The notes beneath the pieces were generated by a model, which ran no database searches, had not been told where the DNA came from, and saw only the letters and a program-made list of their open reading frames with translations. Made by a program: the position numbers and the translations under genes. Of a DNA stretch of 64,000 bases, positions 53,799-61,675 are shown one piece after another. Source of the stretch: a virus (taxonomy: Duplodnaviria; Caudoviricetes); the IMG/VR virus record IMGVR_UViG_3300008740_000001, positions 139,860 to 203,859 of that record; one strand, written 5' to 3'. Every line of letters begins with the position of its first letter. The stretch's first letter is position 1.

Positions 53799-54007
53799 TC
53801 GTCGGTGGCTTGTATAAGTTTGAGTGCACTGCTGCGGTGACCGTGAATGGTCGGATGGCTCTTTACTTGGGCGAGGATTTCATCCATCGAGACGATGGCG
53901 TAACTGTCGAGAATCACAAGGTTTTGTTGGTTGGCGAGTCAGGCCCCACAATCATTGATCGTGGCCTGTTGAAGCACATGAGTCCAATCGCACGGGAGCA
54001 AGAGTAA
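53795..54007 (+). CDS. Small SH3-like protein
   Basis: ATGA-coupled; MIVGGLYK. Confidence 0.55.
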   Translation: MIVGGLYKFECTAAVTVNGRMALYLGEDFIHRDDGVTVENHKVLLVGESGPTIIDRGLLKHMSPIAREQE

Positions 54008-54011
54008 ACTT

Positions 54012-54305
54012 ATGAGATGTTGCAACGATGCCGTCATCGAGAAATGGGCCAATGGTTTGCCCGCGAAGAACCATCGAGGTAGCCTGACCGCTGACGAGGA
54101 TGGAGCACTGTGGAGTTACGATCTGAAGATCGGCCAACGTACCGGCGATGCCTGTATCGTTGCAGACTTTACCGCGCCCGCTGGCGGGTTTCGGAGTATG
54201 ACCACAAGCCAGCACATCGGCAAGGCTCGTTTCCATGCGGATCTGGTGATGCACCCGACCGTATGGGCCACCTCGCCTCTGTCCAACAGGTTCTATCAGG
54301 CTTGA
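54012..54305 (+). CDS. Conserved hypothetical protein
   Basis: LWSYDLKIG..SMTTSQH. Confidence 0.6.
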   Translation: MRCCNDAVIEKWANGLPAKNHRGSLTADEDGALWSYDLKIGQRTGDACIVADFTAPAGGFRSMTTSQHIGKARFHADLVMHPTVWATSPLSNRFYQA

Positions 54306-54356
54306 CATTCTCTTGACAAAGAACCTGTTGACATGATGCCTCCTGCATGGTATATT
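54302..54356 (+). promoter_or_regulatory. Triple-box promoter copy 9
   Basis: TTGACA-5-TTGACA-9-TTGACA-17-TATATT. Confidence 0.85.
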
Positions 54357-54386
54357 ATAGGGGTAAATGAGGCAAAGGAGTAAGCC

Positions 54387-54593
54387 ATGAACGAGAACGT
54401 ACCGACCCCGACCCCCTTTGAGGCGACCGCACTGGCGTGCGAGAACATGATCACGTCGTTTGGTGTGCTGTCTAGCATGCTCGCAGCGCAAGAAGGTGCT
54501 CGCAGTAATGTGGAGGTTCAGACGATGATCTCAACCATGCTTGAAGCCTCGGCTAGCATCTTCGCCGCGATGGGCGCGGCAGCGGAGGCATAG
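54387..54593 (+). CDS. Hypothetical helical protein
   Basis: AGGAG RBS. Confidence 0.55.
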   Translation: MNENVPTPTPFEATALACENMITSFGVLSSMLAAQEGARSNVEVQTMISTMLEASASIFAAMGAAAEA

Positions 54594-54636
54594 AGTGTAC
54601 TCAAAATCAAGATATGTAGTACCCGAAGCGGTAGGC

Positions 54637-54804
54637 ATGATCGGAGCATTGGTCAAGCCGAAGATCGCATCGAAGGGTTGTCGCACCGGGATCCATATCG
54701 TGATGGAATACCGGGTCAGCAAGTCAGGCGAGCGAGTAAACTTTGCCGGGAACCCCGACGAGTGGCACAACCTAGAAAACTTTGAGATCGTGAGTCGAAA
54801 GTGA
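54637..54804 (+). CDS. Small SH3/KOW-like family protein
   Basis: MIGALV..FEIVS. Confidence 0.5.
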   Translation: MIGALVKPKIASKGCRTGIHIVMEYRVSKSGERVNFAGNPDEWHNLENFEIVSRK

Positions 54805-54807
54805 TGC

Positions 54808-54862
54808 TTGACATTCTCTTGACAAAGATTCTGTTGACATTGAAACAACCACCTGCTATAAT
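54808..54862 (+). promoter_or_regulatory. Triple-box promoter copy 10
   Basis: TTGACA-5-TTGACA-9-TTGACA-17-TATAAT. Confidence 0.85.
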
Positions 54863-54905
54863 GTATATGTAAGGTTGAGAAACACCCGAGACTAGAGAGG
54901 TAATC

Positions 54906-55772
54906 ATGGGAAACTACGCTGGAACCGTCCGATGTGGACACTGCTATCAACGAGGCCACAACAAGGCTGGCTGTCCAAAGCGCAAAGAGCGCGTGGAGAA
55001 ACTTCGGGAGACTGACCCCGGTAACTGGCAGGTTCAGCGTGCTGATCAAGAACGAGAAGCGCGGGTTGCGCGAGCAAAGAAGCCTCGGACCTGCACCTAT
55101 TGCAAGGCTAACCGGAAAACTGTTTCTTACTATCGTTATGACGATCTGGATGACGCCGAGAAAAACGCACTGGTCCGTGCCAGTGAAGATTCATACGATG
55201 ACTGGATCGAGAAAGACACGCTCTATGGCACAGGCAGCGAGCGCGGCCTAAGCCACTCAATCCGTGCGTGTAAGTATCGGAAGCGCGACCTTGCCGAAGC
55301 TACCGAGAGCACGGCAAAGATGCGTCAGGCGATTCTGGAGCGCATGAAGGCGACCGGGCTGGGCCTAGGCGCAGGTATCGACTTTGCGGAAGATTCCCAC
55401 GCTGCTAGCAGCTATGGTCAAGGTGGACAGATGGTTGTCACTGGAATCCAGTGGGATCGAATCACCAGCGTCATCGAGAGCAGTATCCACAATCAAGAAC
55501 TTGTAGACCTGACTAATGTTCGCTATCTCATGAGCCACAACAAGCCATACGATGCGGTCTGCCGCGCCATCCTACCGAACAATGTCACGGGTTCCGACAC
55601 CCAGCACAGCCGCTACTCTGAATACATCGACCGGGTTGCACATCCGGTCAGTGCCGAGAAGATCGATAGTCAAGTGCCCGATGGTTGGCTTGAAGCAACA
55701 TCTGATGCCACTCAATCGTTCATCGGTCAGTACCTTGATCGGAACGTCAAGAGTCGGCACCGTAACAACTGA
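54906..55772 (+). CDS. Zinc-knuckle-containing protein
   Basis: CGHCYQRGHNKAGC (CX2CX4HX4C), plus CTYC and H..RAC. Confidence 0.65.
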   Translation: MGNYAGTVRCGHCYQRGHNKAGCPKRKERVEKLRETDPGNWQVQRADQEREARVARAKKPRTCTYCKANRKTVSYYRYDDLDDAEKNALVRASEDSYDDWIEKDTLYGTGSERGLSHSIRACKYRKRDLAEATESTAKMRQAILERMKATGLGLGAGIDFAEDSHAASSYGQGGQMVVTGIQWDRITSVIESSIHNQELVDLTNVRYLMSHNKPYDAVCRAILPNNVTGSDTQHSRYSEYIDRVAHPVSAEKIDSQVPDGWLEATSDATQSFIGQYLDRNVKSRHRNN

Positions 55773-55790
55773 TTAGTAAACTTTCACAAT

Positions 55791-55812
55791 GCTCGCCCCG
55801 AGAGGGGCGGGC
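55791..55812 (+). terminator. GC-rich GNRA hairpin (terminator or processing element)
   Basis: GCTCGCCCC-GAGA-GGGGCGGGC. Confidence 0.5.
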
Positions 55813-55867
55813 TTGACATTCTCTTGACAAGAAATCTCTTGATCTTTCAGACTGCCTATGGTACTAT
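55813..55867 (+). promoter_or_regulatory. Triple-box promoter copy 11
   Basis: TTGACA-5-TTGACA-9-TTGATC-17-TACTAT. Confidence 0.8.
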
Positions 55868-55894
55868 GTATAGGTAATCGAGAGGAACACACAC

Positions 55895-56737
55895 ATGGCC
55901 CGAATCACCTACCGCACTCGCCTTCAAGACTTGCTAGCCAAGCCCTACCTGCCTTCGGGCGAACGGCGCTTTGCCCAATCGTTGCTCGACCACTACAATC
56001 GCAAGGGCTACATGAGCGCAGGCCGCGCCCGTTGTGTGCGTCAGATGGAGGAGCGTTATGCGACTGCGCCTGTGGTCAATAGTAACCTTGTGGCGGAACT
56101 CGATAATCTGCGGAATCGGATCGAGGCTGGCAATCCGGGCTACGAGGCTAGCTGGGATCACAACTTTGTAAAGTCTCTGACCGAGCAGGCGCAAGCTGGC
56201 CGCGATCTGTCCGAACGTCAGAAAGAGATTCTTGAAAAACTCAAAGGTCGGTGGAGCGAGGAGGCAACCGCTAGCGCAGCAGCATGGCGCACCGGGTTCA
56301 CCTCCGAGCAGCGCGAGCGATTCAACGTGATGGTTGACTACTACGCGACAAGTGGATATTATGGGAGCATTGTCGAGGCTAGCAAGAGTAACCCTAGCTT
56401 CACCCCGACCGAGAAGCAGTATCGCGCTGTGACCGAAAACAAGTACGCGATGAAGATTCTCGCAGGTTGGGAGGGCGCTCAAAAGTACGCGACTGGCAGC
56501 ATGGTTGCAGTCCGTAAGGGTGCGCCAATGGCTCTCAGGCTGGCTTGTGGCGGGAACGCGGCACCTAACCCGGTCGTCATCGTAGGAGCCAACACAAGGG
56601 CCCCCACCAGTGCTTGCCGAGGCAACAAGATTTACAAGGTGCTGCCGGTTGGCAACGCCCAGACTTTCGAGGTAGAGGAACGCCATCTGAAGCGCGTCCC
56701 AGCTTCAATCACCAAGCGGAAGAAAAAGAGGGCTTGA
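55895..56737 (+). CDS. Conserved phage hypothetical protein with C-terminal SH3-like domain
   Basis: FVKSLTEQ..LSERQKEIL; C-terminal TGSMV..YKVLP..EERHLK; GAGG RBS. Confidence 0.7.
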   Translation: MARITYRTRLQDLLAKPYLPSGERRFAQSLLDHYNRKGYMSAGRARCVRQMEERYATAPVVNSNLVAELDNLRNRIEAGNPGYEASWDHNFVKSLTEQAQAGRDLSERQKEILEKLKGRWSEEATASAAAWRTGFTSEQRERFNVMVDYYATSGYYGSIVEASKSNPSFTPTEKQYRAVTENKYAMKILAGWEGAQKYATGSMVAVRKGAPMALRLACGGNAAPNPVVIVGANTRAPTSACRGNKIYKVLPVGNAQTFEVEERHLKRVPASITKRKKKRA

Positions 56738-56788
56738 CATACTCTTGACAAGAAACCCCTTGATCTTTTCCCCCCCGCATGCTATATT
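56734..56788 (+). promoter_or_regulatory. Triple-box promoter copy 12
   Basis: TTGACA-5-TTGACA-9-TTGATC-17-TATATT. Confidence 0.8.
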
Positions 56789-56845
56789 ATATATGTAAGG
56801 TGAGAGAACGCCTCCCACCCACTTCAACAAAGAGAGAGAGAAAAA

Positions 56846-57919
56846 ATGGCTGTTGACTTCAAAACCTTCCTCGCGTGTGTCCGTCCTGTGATTGATGCTC
56901 GCTTCCCTATCCTCGTTCGCGGTCGTCATGGCGTCGGCAAGTCGCAAGTCGTCTATCAAGTGGCTGGCGATCTTGGCCTGCCTGTGGTCGAGCGACGAGC
57001 CAGCCAGATGACCGAAGGCGACCTGCTGGGTCTGCCCGACAATCGTGATGTGCTGGTGAATGGCCGCAAGGCTACCACCTTCAACCCGCCGGAGTGGTTC
57101 CTGACCGCTTGTACCGAGCCTGTCGTCCTGTTCTTGGATGAGGTTGATCGTGCGACCACGGAGGTCCGTCAGGGTATCTTTGAGTTGTGCGACAGCCGCA
57201 AGATTGCGGGTAACTCGCTGCACGAGGGTACGATCATCATCGCAGCCGTCAACGGCGGCGAGCACGGTGCCCAGTATCAGGTGGGCGAAATGGACCCTGC
57301 CGAGTTGGACCGCTACACGGTGTTTGATGTTGAGCCTTCCGTCGAGGACTGGCTGACATGGGCAAAGGATAATGTTGATTCTGTCCTGTGGGACTTCATC
57401 AACACCAACCGCCCTCACTTGGAGCATGGCGGCGACTTTGAGCCAAACAAGGTCTACCCTTCCCGACGCTCTTGGGACCGTCTGAACCAGACTGTGACCC
57501 CGCTGGGCGTGTTTGAGGAAGGTGGCGACCTTGATGTGCTGTTCAACCTCTCTAGCGCGTTCTGCGGCTTTGAGGCTGCGGTAGCGATTCGTGACTTTGT
57601 TGCTTCCTATGACCGTCAGGTGACTATCGAGGACATTCTTGACGATGGTAAGATCGACAAGACTACTGATTGGACGATCAACGAGCACTCTGCACTGGTC
57701 GAGAAGATGGAAGCATCTGAAACCTTCAAGGCAGAACTGACCGACGATCAGATCGTCAACCTTGCCCGCTGGTTTGTAACCTTGCCGAGTGAGGTAGCCA
57801 TGAAGCTGTGGACCGTCCTTGGTGATGGTGATGTTCAGAACGTCATCCGCACCCACCAGTCCACCACTCCCGAAGGTGTTGCGATCAGCGATCACCTCGT
57901 GACCATCCTTGGGGGCTAA
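56846..57919 (+). CDS. MoxR-like AAA+ ATPase
   Basis: Walker A GRHGVGKS, EGDLLGLP, Walker B LFLDEVDRA, AVN, DPAELDR, PSRRSW. Confidence 0.9.
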   Translation: MAVDFKTFLACVRPVIDARFPILVRGRHGVGKSQVVYQVAGDLGLPVVERRASQMTEGDLLGLPDNRDVLVNGRKATTFNPPEWFLTACTEPVVLFLDEVDRATTEVRQGIFELCDSRKIAGNSLHEGTIIIAAVNGGEHGAQYQVGEMDPAELDRYTVFDVEPSVEDWLTWAKDNVDSVLWDFINTNRPHLEHGGDFEPNKVYPSRRSWDRLNQTVTPLGVFEEGGDLDVLFNLSSAFCGFEAAVAIRDFVASYDRQVTIEDILDDGKIDKTTDWTINEHSALVEKMEASETFKAELTDDQIVNLARWFVTLPSEVAMKLWTVLGDGDVQNVIRTHQSTTPEGVAISDHLVTILGG

Positions 57920-57933
57920 ACACCCCCGTAAGG

Positions 57934-58017
57934 GCCTCAAGGTGGTCGTTCAGGGCTCTCTCTCTCAACAACCATACCCTGACACCACCTTGAGGCTCCT
58001 TGCCCTAGAAGGGCAAA
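57934..58017 (+). other. Long intergenic hairpin with CU-repeat loop plus second hairpin
   Basis: 13-bp GCCTCAAGGTGGT/ACCACCTTGAGGC + 6-bp TCAGGG/CCCTGA; TTGCCCT-AGA-AGGGCAA. Confidence 0.65.
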
Positions 58018-58052
58018 GAGTAACCTTTCTGAGAACTGAGAGAGAAAAACGC

Positions 58053-58107
58053 TTTACACATTCTTGACAACTTTTCCCTTGATCTTTGCTCCCGAGCATG
58101 CTATATT
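58053..58107 (+). promoter_or_regulatory. Triple-box promoter copy 13
   Basis: TTTACA-5-TTGACA-9-TTGATC-17-TATATT. Confidence 0.8.
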
Positions 58108-58146
58108 ATATATGTAAGGTTGAGCTACACCCTCTAGGAGATTTCT

Positions 58147-59442
58147 ATGACCACGCCCGCGAAAACTACTGCCCTTCCAGACGCCATCGACGCGGAGATC
58201 AACGCGGAGAACGAGGAAACTCCCGTGTTTGATCTCAACATGCACGCGGCAAGGCTGCTGATGAAGGAACCTTTCTTTGCTGCCCTCTCACGGCGGATCA
58301 ACAAGAAGGCAACCCGTGCGATCCCGACTGCTGGCGTGACTGTCACTGAAGATGGTCAGTTTGAGTTGCTTTATAACCCCGACTTCATGGGCAAGCTGGA
58401 AGATCCTCACAAGCTGGGCGTGCTGAAGCACGAGTTTTACCACTTGATCTTTGAGCATGTGACGGGCAACCGCTTCGCACACTTCCGCGACTTGTCTGGT
58501 CCCGAACGTCGCTTGCACAATATCGGTATGGATCTTGCGATCAACAGTCACCTTCGCGGCGAGTTGCCCAAAGAGTGCTGCATGCCCGGTGAAGGCCCAT
58601 TCGCAGAGTATGAATCTTTCTTGTCTGCCGAGCAGTATATTGCGAAGCTGCGCGAGAAGCAGGAGGAAAATGAAGGCGGCGAGGGTGACGAAGGCGAGGG
58701 CGAAGGACAGCCCGGTGATGGCGAGGGATCTGGTCAAGGTCAGGGCGACGGTCAGTTTGACAGCCATGACGGTTGGGGCGAAGCAGGATCGGGCTCCGAG
58801 CAGATCGCACAAGAGCGATTGAAGGACACGATCCGCAAGGCTGCCGAGGAAGCTGATCGCTCGCGCTCTTGGGGCACGGTGTCTAGCAGTGTCCGAGAGG
58901 AGATCCGTAAGGCTCTCTCGACTCATGTAGACTGGAAAAAGGTTCTTCGATACTTCATCAAGACCAGCCAGCGAGCCAACAAGCGGAGCACGGTGCGCCG
59001 ACTCAACCGACGTTACCCACGCATCCACGCTGGCAGCAAGGTCAACCGTCAAGCGAAGATCGCGATCAGCATCGATCAGTCTGGTTCTGTTGATGACGCT
59101 ATGCTCTCCGCTTTCTATGCCGAGCTTGATAAGCTGGCGCAGCTTGCCGAGTTTACTGTGATCCCATTCGATACCGAGGTTGCAGTGGATCATGTATACG
59201 TCTGGAAGAAAGGCGAGCGTCGGAAGGCCGAGCGTGTGCGCTACGGTGGCACCGACTTCAACCCGCCAACGAAATACGTCAACGAACTGAACTTTGACGG
59301 TCACATCGTGCTGACTGATCTTTGCGCTCCGAAGCCGATTTCTTCCACTTGTCAACGGATGTGGATGACCACTCGCTACTATGCCGAACACCCCTACTTC
59401 AAGACCAACGAAATGATCGTTGCGATTGACACGGAACAGTAA
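58147..59442 (+). CDS. Metallopeptidase-like (DUF2201-type) plus vWA domain protein
   Basis: TAGV, HEFYH (HExxH), DLAIN, acidic Gly linker, DSHDGW, MIDAS IDQSGS, GGTDF, LTD. Confidence 0.88.
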   Translation: MTTPAKTTALPDAIDAEINAENEETPVFDLNMHAARLLMKEPFFAALSRRINKKATRAIPTAGVTVTEDGQFELLYNPDFMGKLEDPHKLGVLKHEFYHLIFEHVTGNRFAHFRDLSGPERRLHNIGMDLAINSHLRGELPKECCMPGEGPFAEYESFLSAEQYIAKLREKQEENEGGEGDEGEGEGQPGDGEGSGQGQGDGQFDSHDGWGEAGSGSEQIAQERLKDTIRKAAEEADRSRSWGTVSSSVREEIRKALSTHVDWKKVLRYFIKTSQRANKRSTVRRLNRRYPRIHAGSKVNRQAKIAISIDQSGSVDDAMLSAFYAELDKLAQLAEFTVIPFDTEVAVDHVYVWKKGERRKAERVRYGGTDFNPPTKYVNELNFDGHIVLTDLCAPKPISSTCQRMWMTTRYYAEHPYFKTNEMIVAIDTEQ

Positions 59443-59812
59443 AGTGTCGAGAACAGAGATCGAGACGTTTATGACACCGGGCAAGTTATATATGCTTCGC
59501 GGTGTCAACAAAAACAAGAAATGGAACAGAATGGTGGTACATAAGGGATACGGCGACAAGGCCCAGCTATTCCTAGGCGAGTATCGTAGCTACCACAACT
59601 GTGACTTTTATGGTGATGGCGAGGTATTTCTTTGTGTATCAGTCACCCCGTCCGAAAAGCTGTCAGGCTCTCCGAGCAGCTATACACAGTATTGGACACA
59701 GGCATATGCAGACCTGCTAGCACCGAACGGGAAGATCGTCACCCTGCAACTAGCAGGAAACAAGACAAAGTTCCGAGAGGTCAAGAGCAAGAAGCCGAGG
59801 ACACAAGAGTAA
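59420..59812 (+). CDS. Hypothetical protein (start probably 59471)
   Basis: MTPGKLY..GEVFLCV. Confidence 0.55.
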   Translation: MRLTRNSKVSRTEIETFMTPGKLYMLRGVNKNKKWNRMVVHKGYGDKAQLFLGEYRSYHNCDFYGDGEVFLCVSVTPSEKLSGSPSSYTQYWTQAYADLLAPNGKIVTLQLAGNKTKFREVKSKKPRTQE

Positions 59813-59818
59813 ACTTAT

Positions 59819-60076
59819 ATGCAAGTTGGAGACTACATCGAGGACAGGTATAGAAATGAATCGGGTGAGATTGTATTGATCACCAGTGGTTTTATTGTCG
59901 AGACTAATGATAATGAAATAACATATTTTTGTACCAGTCATTCCGACGAACGCTATGCCATGTCAGGTAAAGTAGTCACACGCAACAAGAGAGCGTGTAG
60001 AGTCATATCAGATATTGGTGGTAAAGTGGATCGTAGTGGAGTAGAGTGGGATAAGGTGGATTTACAAAATGAGTAA
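59819..60076 (+). CDS. Small SH3/KOW-like family protein
   Basis: MQVGDYI..GEIV. Confidence 0.55.
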   Translation: MQVGDYIEDRYRNESGEIVLITSGFIVETNDNEITYFCTSHSDERYAMSGKVVTRNKRACRVISDIGGKVDRSGVEWDKVDLQNE

Positions 60077-60328
60077 ACAGTCTGCCCGCCTGCAAGTGCC
60101 TGTAATAAGTGATAAATATGACACTAAACAGAGGATGTACCTTATATACCCTCCCTGCTCGTGTGTCAATAACGCAAATATCATGCCAACTATTGCAACC
60201 GGACATATAATGACCGTAACAAATAGATGTGACAGATGTGACAGGCGTGAGCCCGTAACTCCCTGTTATCACTAAGGAAACCCGACCGTGAGTCACGTTG
60301 TAGCATATAGTGTTACACAAAGTAATGC

Positions 60329-60357
60329 TTGACATTGAGTTGTAAATGTGTTATATT
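60329..60357 (+). promoter_or_regulatory. sigma70-type promoter
   Basis: TTGACA-17-TATATT. Confidence 0.7.
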
Positions 60358-60368
60358 AGGAGTATAGG

Positions 60369-60527
60369 ATGAGTGATGTAGAGTTGTTATACCATTGTAG
60401 TGCTAAGTTGTTTACCTACTGGTGGCCCTTGCTGCTAGTGGCAATGGGTTATTGCGTCTACGAGTCGCAAGTATTGACACCAAGATGGAAAAAGGCCAAG
60501 ATCAAAAAGGACAATGATTTCAGGTAG
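60369..60527 (+). CDS. Small membrane protein (52 aa, not in ORF track)
   Basis: AGGAG/AGGA upstream; TM segment then basic tail. Confidence 0.45.
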   Translation: MSDVELLYHCSAKLFTYWWPLLLVAMGYCVYESQVLTPRWKKAKIKKDNDFR

Positions 60528-60557
60528 TTAGTTCAACTATCGCTTAGGGAAGATAAA

Positions 60558-60890
60558 ATGAAACAAGGAAGGATGTACCGGATCAAGAATCTGGACACGA
60601 ATAAAGTAAACACTTGCATGACTGTGTGTGAGCGTTACGTTTCAAACCAACCTAACTACCAAGAGTTGGCAACACAAAACCCACGTTACCTATCGTATAG
60701 AAACAATATGGGTACACGTCATAACGAAAGCTATGAGAATGGTGCACTAGTTGTCTGCGTTGGCAAGGTCATGCGTGAGACTCATCACTACGAACTGCAG
60801 CCATTCTATAGGGTGCTCCTACCTAATGGGACAGTGGCCGAGGTGAGCAAGGGCACAAGAGGTAAGTACTTTGAACTGGTCCGACCGTAA
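60558..60890 (+). CDS. SH3-like hypothetical protein
   Basis: MKQGRMY..GALVVCV..YFELV. Confidence 0.55.
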   Translation: MKQGRMYRIKNLDTNKVNTCMTVCERYVSNQPNYQELATQNPRYLSYRNNMGTRHNESYENGALVVCVGKVMRETHHYELQPFYRVLLPNGTVAEVSKGTRGKYFELVRP

Positions 60891-60931
60891 CACTCACGAT
60901 ACTCACGCGAGAGTAATAATATATAAATGTA

Positions 60932-60960
60932 TTGACTAGGTTACCAGTATGTGTTATAGT
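60932..60960 (+). promoter_or_regulatory. sigma70-type promoter
   Basis: TTGACT-17-TATAGT. Confidence 0.55.
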
Positions 60961-61078
60961 AATAGAGTAAGAGTAGTAAACAAACTAAGGAGTGTAGCAT
61001 GGAATGCAACTGACAAAGTAGGTAGTGTAATATATTGGGTGCCTATTGTAACATTATTGTATGGAATGATACTACTAA

Positions 61079-61263
61079 ATGTGACAAATGTGACAAGGAA
61101 ACCTCAATGATTACAGACACTTAGGGGTGGTCCCCCTACCCCCCTACTACCCCCGGAGAGTATGTCCCATAGGCAGGAGTGGCACAAATCTTGCCCAGAT
61201 ACATTCACGCTACACACAGAAAAATCGCAGATTTAAAAAATACGCAGATAATTATTTGCAGAT
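61079..61263. repeat. Non-coding repeat cluster
   Basis: ATGTGACA x2, C5/C6/C5 tracts 61132-61154, GCAGAT x3 in AT-rich DNA. Confidence 0.55.
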
Positions 61264-61422
61264 ATGAAAGAGGCAGACTGGGCTTATACGATGGTTGAGT
61301 GGTTGTGGAGCAACGTCCCGGGATTGAGAAGGATGCCAGATGATTCGAAGGCAATTGCGTCACTACTAGCGCTTAACGCGGCCCTATTGGCTGGGTTGGC
61401 GTTAATTGCGTATGGGATCTAG
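61264..61422 (+). CDS. Small membrane protein (52 aa, not in ORF track)
   Basis: C-terminal TM helix. Confidence 0.4.
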   Translation: MKEADWAYTMVEWLWSNVPGLRRMPDDSKAIASLLALNAALLAGLALIAYGI

Positions 61423-61431
61423 TTACAGTGT

Positions 61432-61665
61432 ATGGTCAAGAAGCTGTATACTATAGAACCCGGTCAATTCCGCTGCCCAAAATGCGCGGCGGTAATTCAA
61501 TGGCAATGTGGATTTGGTCGAGGCGAGAGAGGTTATGCGTATTGTAGCCGGTCAATATATGCTTCCCAGCAATTTAAGAAGGGTAGCCGTAGGTTTTTTT
61601 GTACATGGAAAGGAAGGTCAGTTCGTAAAGACAATAATTCGATAGAAATAAGCTATATGGAGTAG
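61432..61665 (+). CDS. Zinc-ribbon protein
   Basis: CPKC..C..C..C; CTAGTTA 6 nt upstream. Confidence 0.5.
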   Translation: MVKKLYTIEPGQFRCPKCAAVIQWQCGFGRGERGYAYCSRSIYASQQFKKGSRRFFCTWKGRSVRKDNNSIEISYME

Positions 61666-61675
61666 TAATGTTAAT

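Larger units (their letters stand above)
42967..59816 (+). repeat. Dispersed strand-polar 9-mer AGTAAACTT (11 copies)
   Basis: Starts at 42967, 46076, 46501, 49340, 50202, 52107, 53199, 54003, 54735, 55775, 59808. Confidence 0.75.

Noticed and set aside
44895-54804. Diversity-generating retroelement or integron behind the paralog array
   Set aside because: No reverse transcriptase, no near-identical TR/VR pair with adenine-specific differences, no tyrosine integrase and no attC-like palindromes in this window.
55934-59559. Long minus-strand ORFs (55934-56686, 56705-57940, 58288-59559)
   Set aside because: They are antisense shadows of well-supported + strand genes in GC-richer DNA, with no recognisable motifs, RBS or promoters.
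60227-60243. CRP site (TGTGA half-sites)
   Set aside because: The half-sites are direct repeats with 9-bp period, not the inverted TGTGA-N6-TCACA arrangement.
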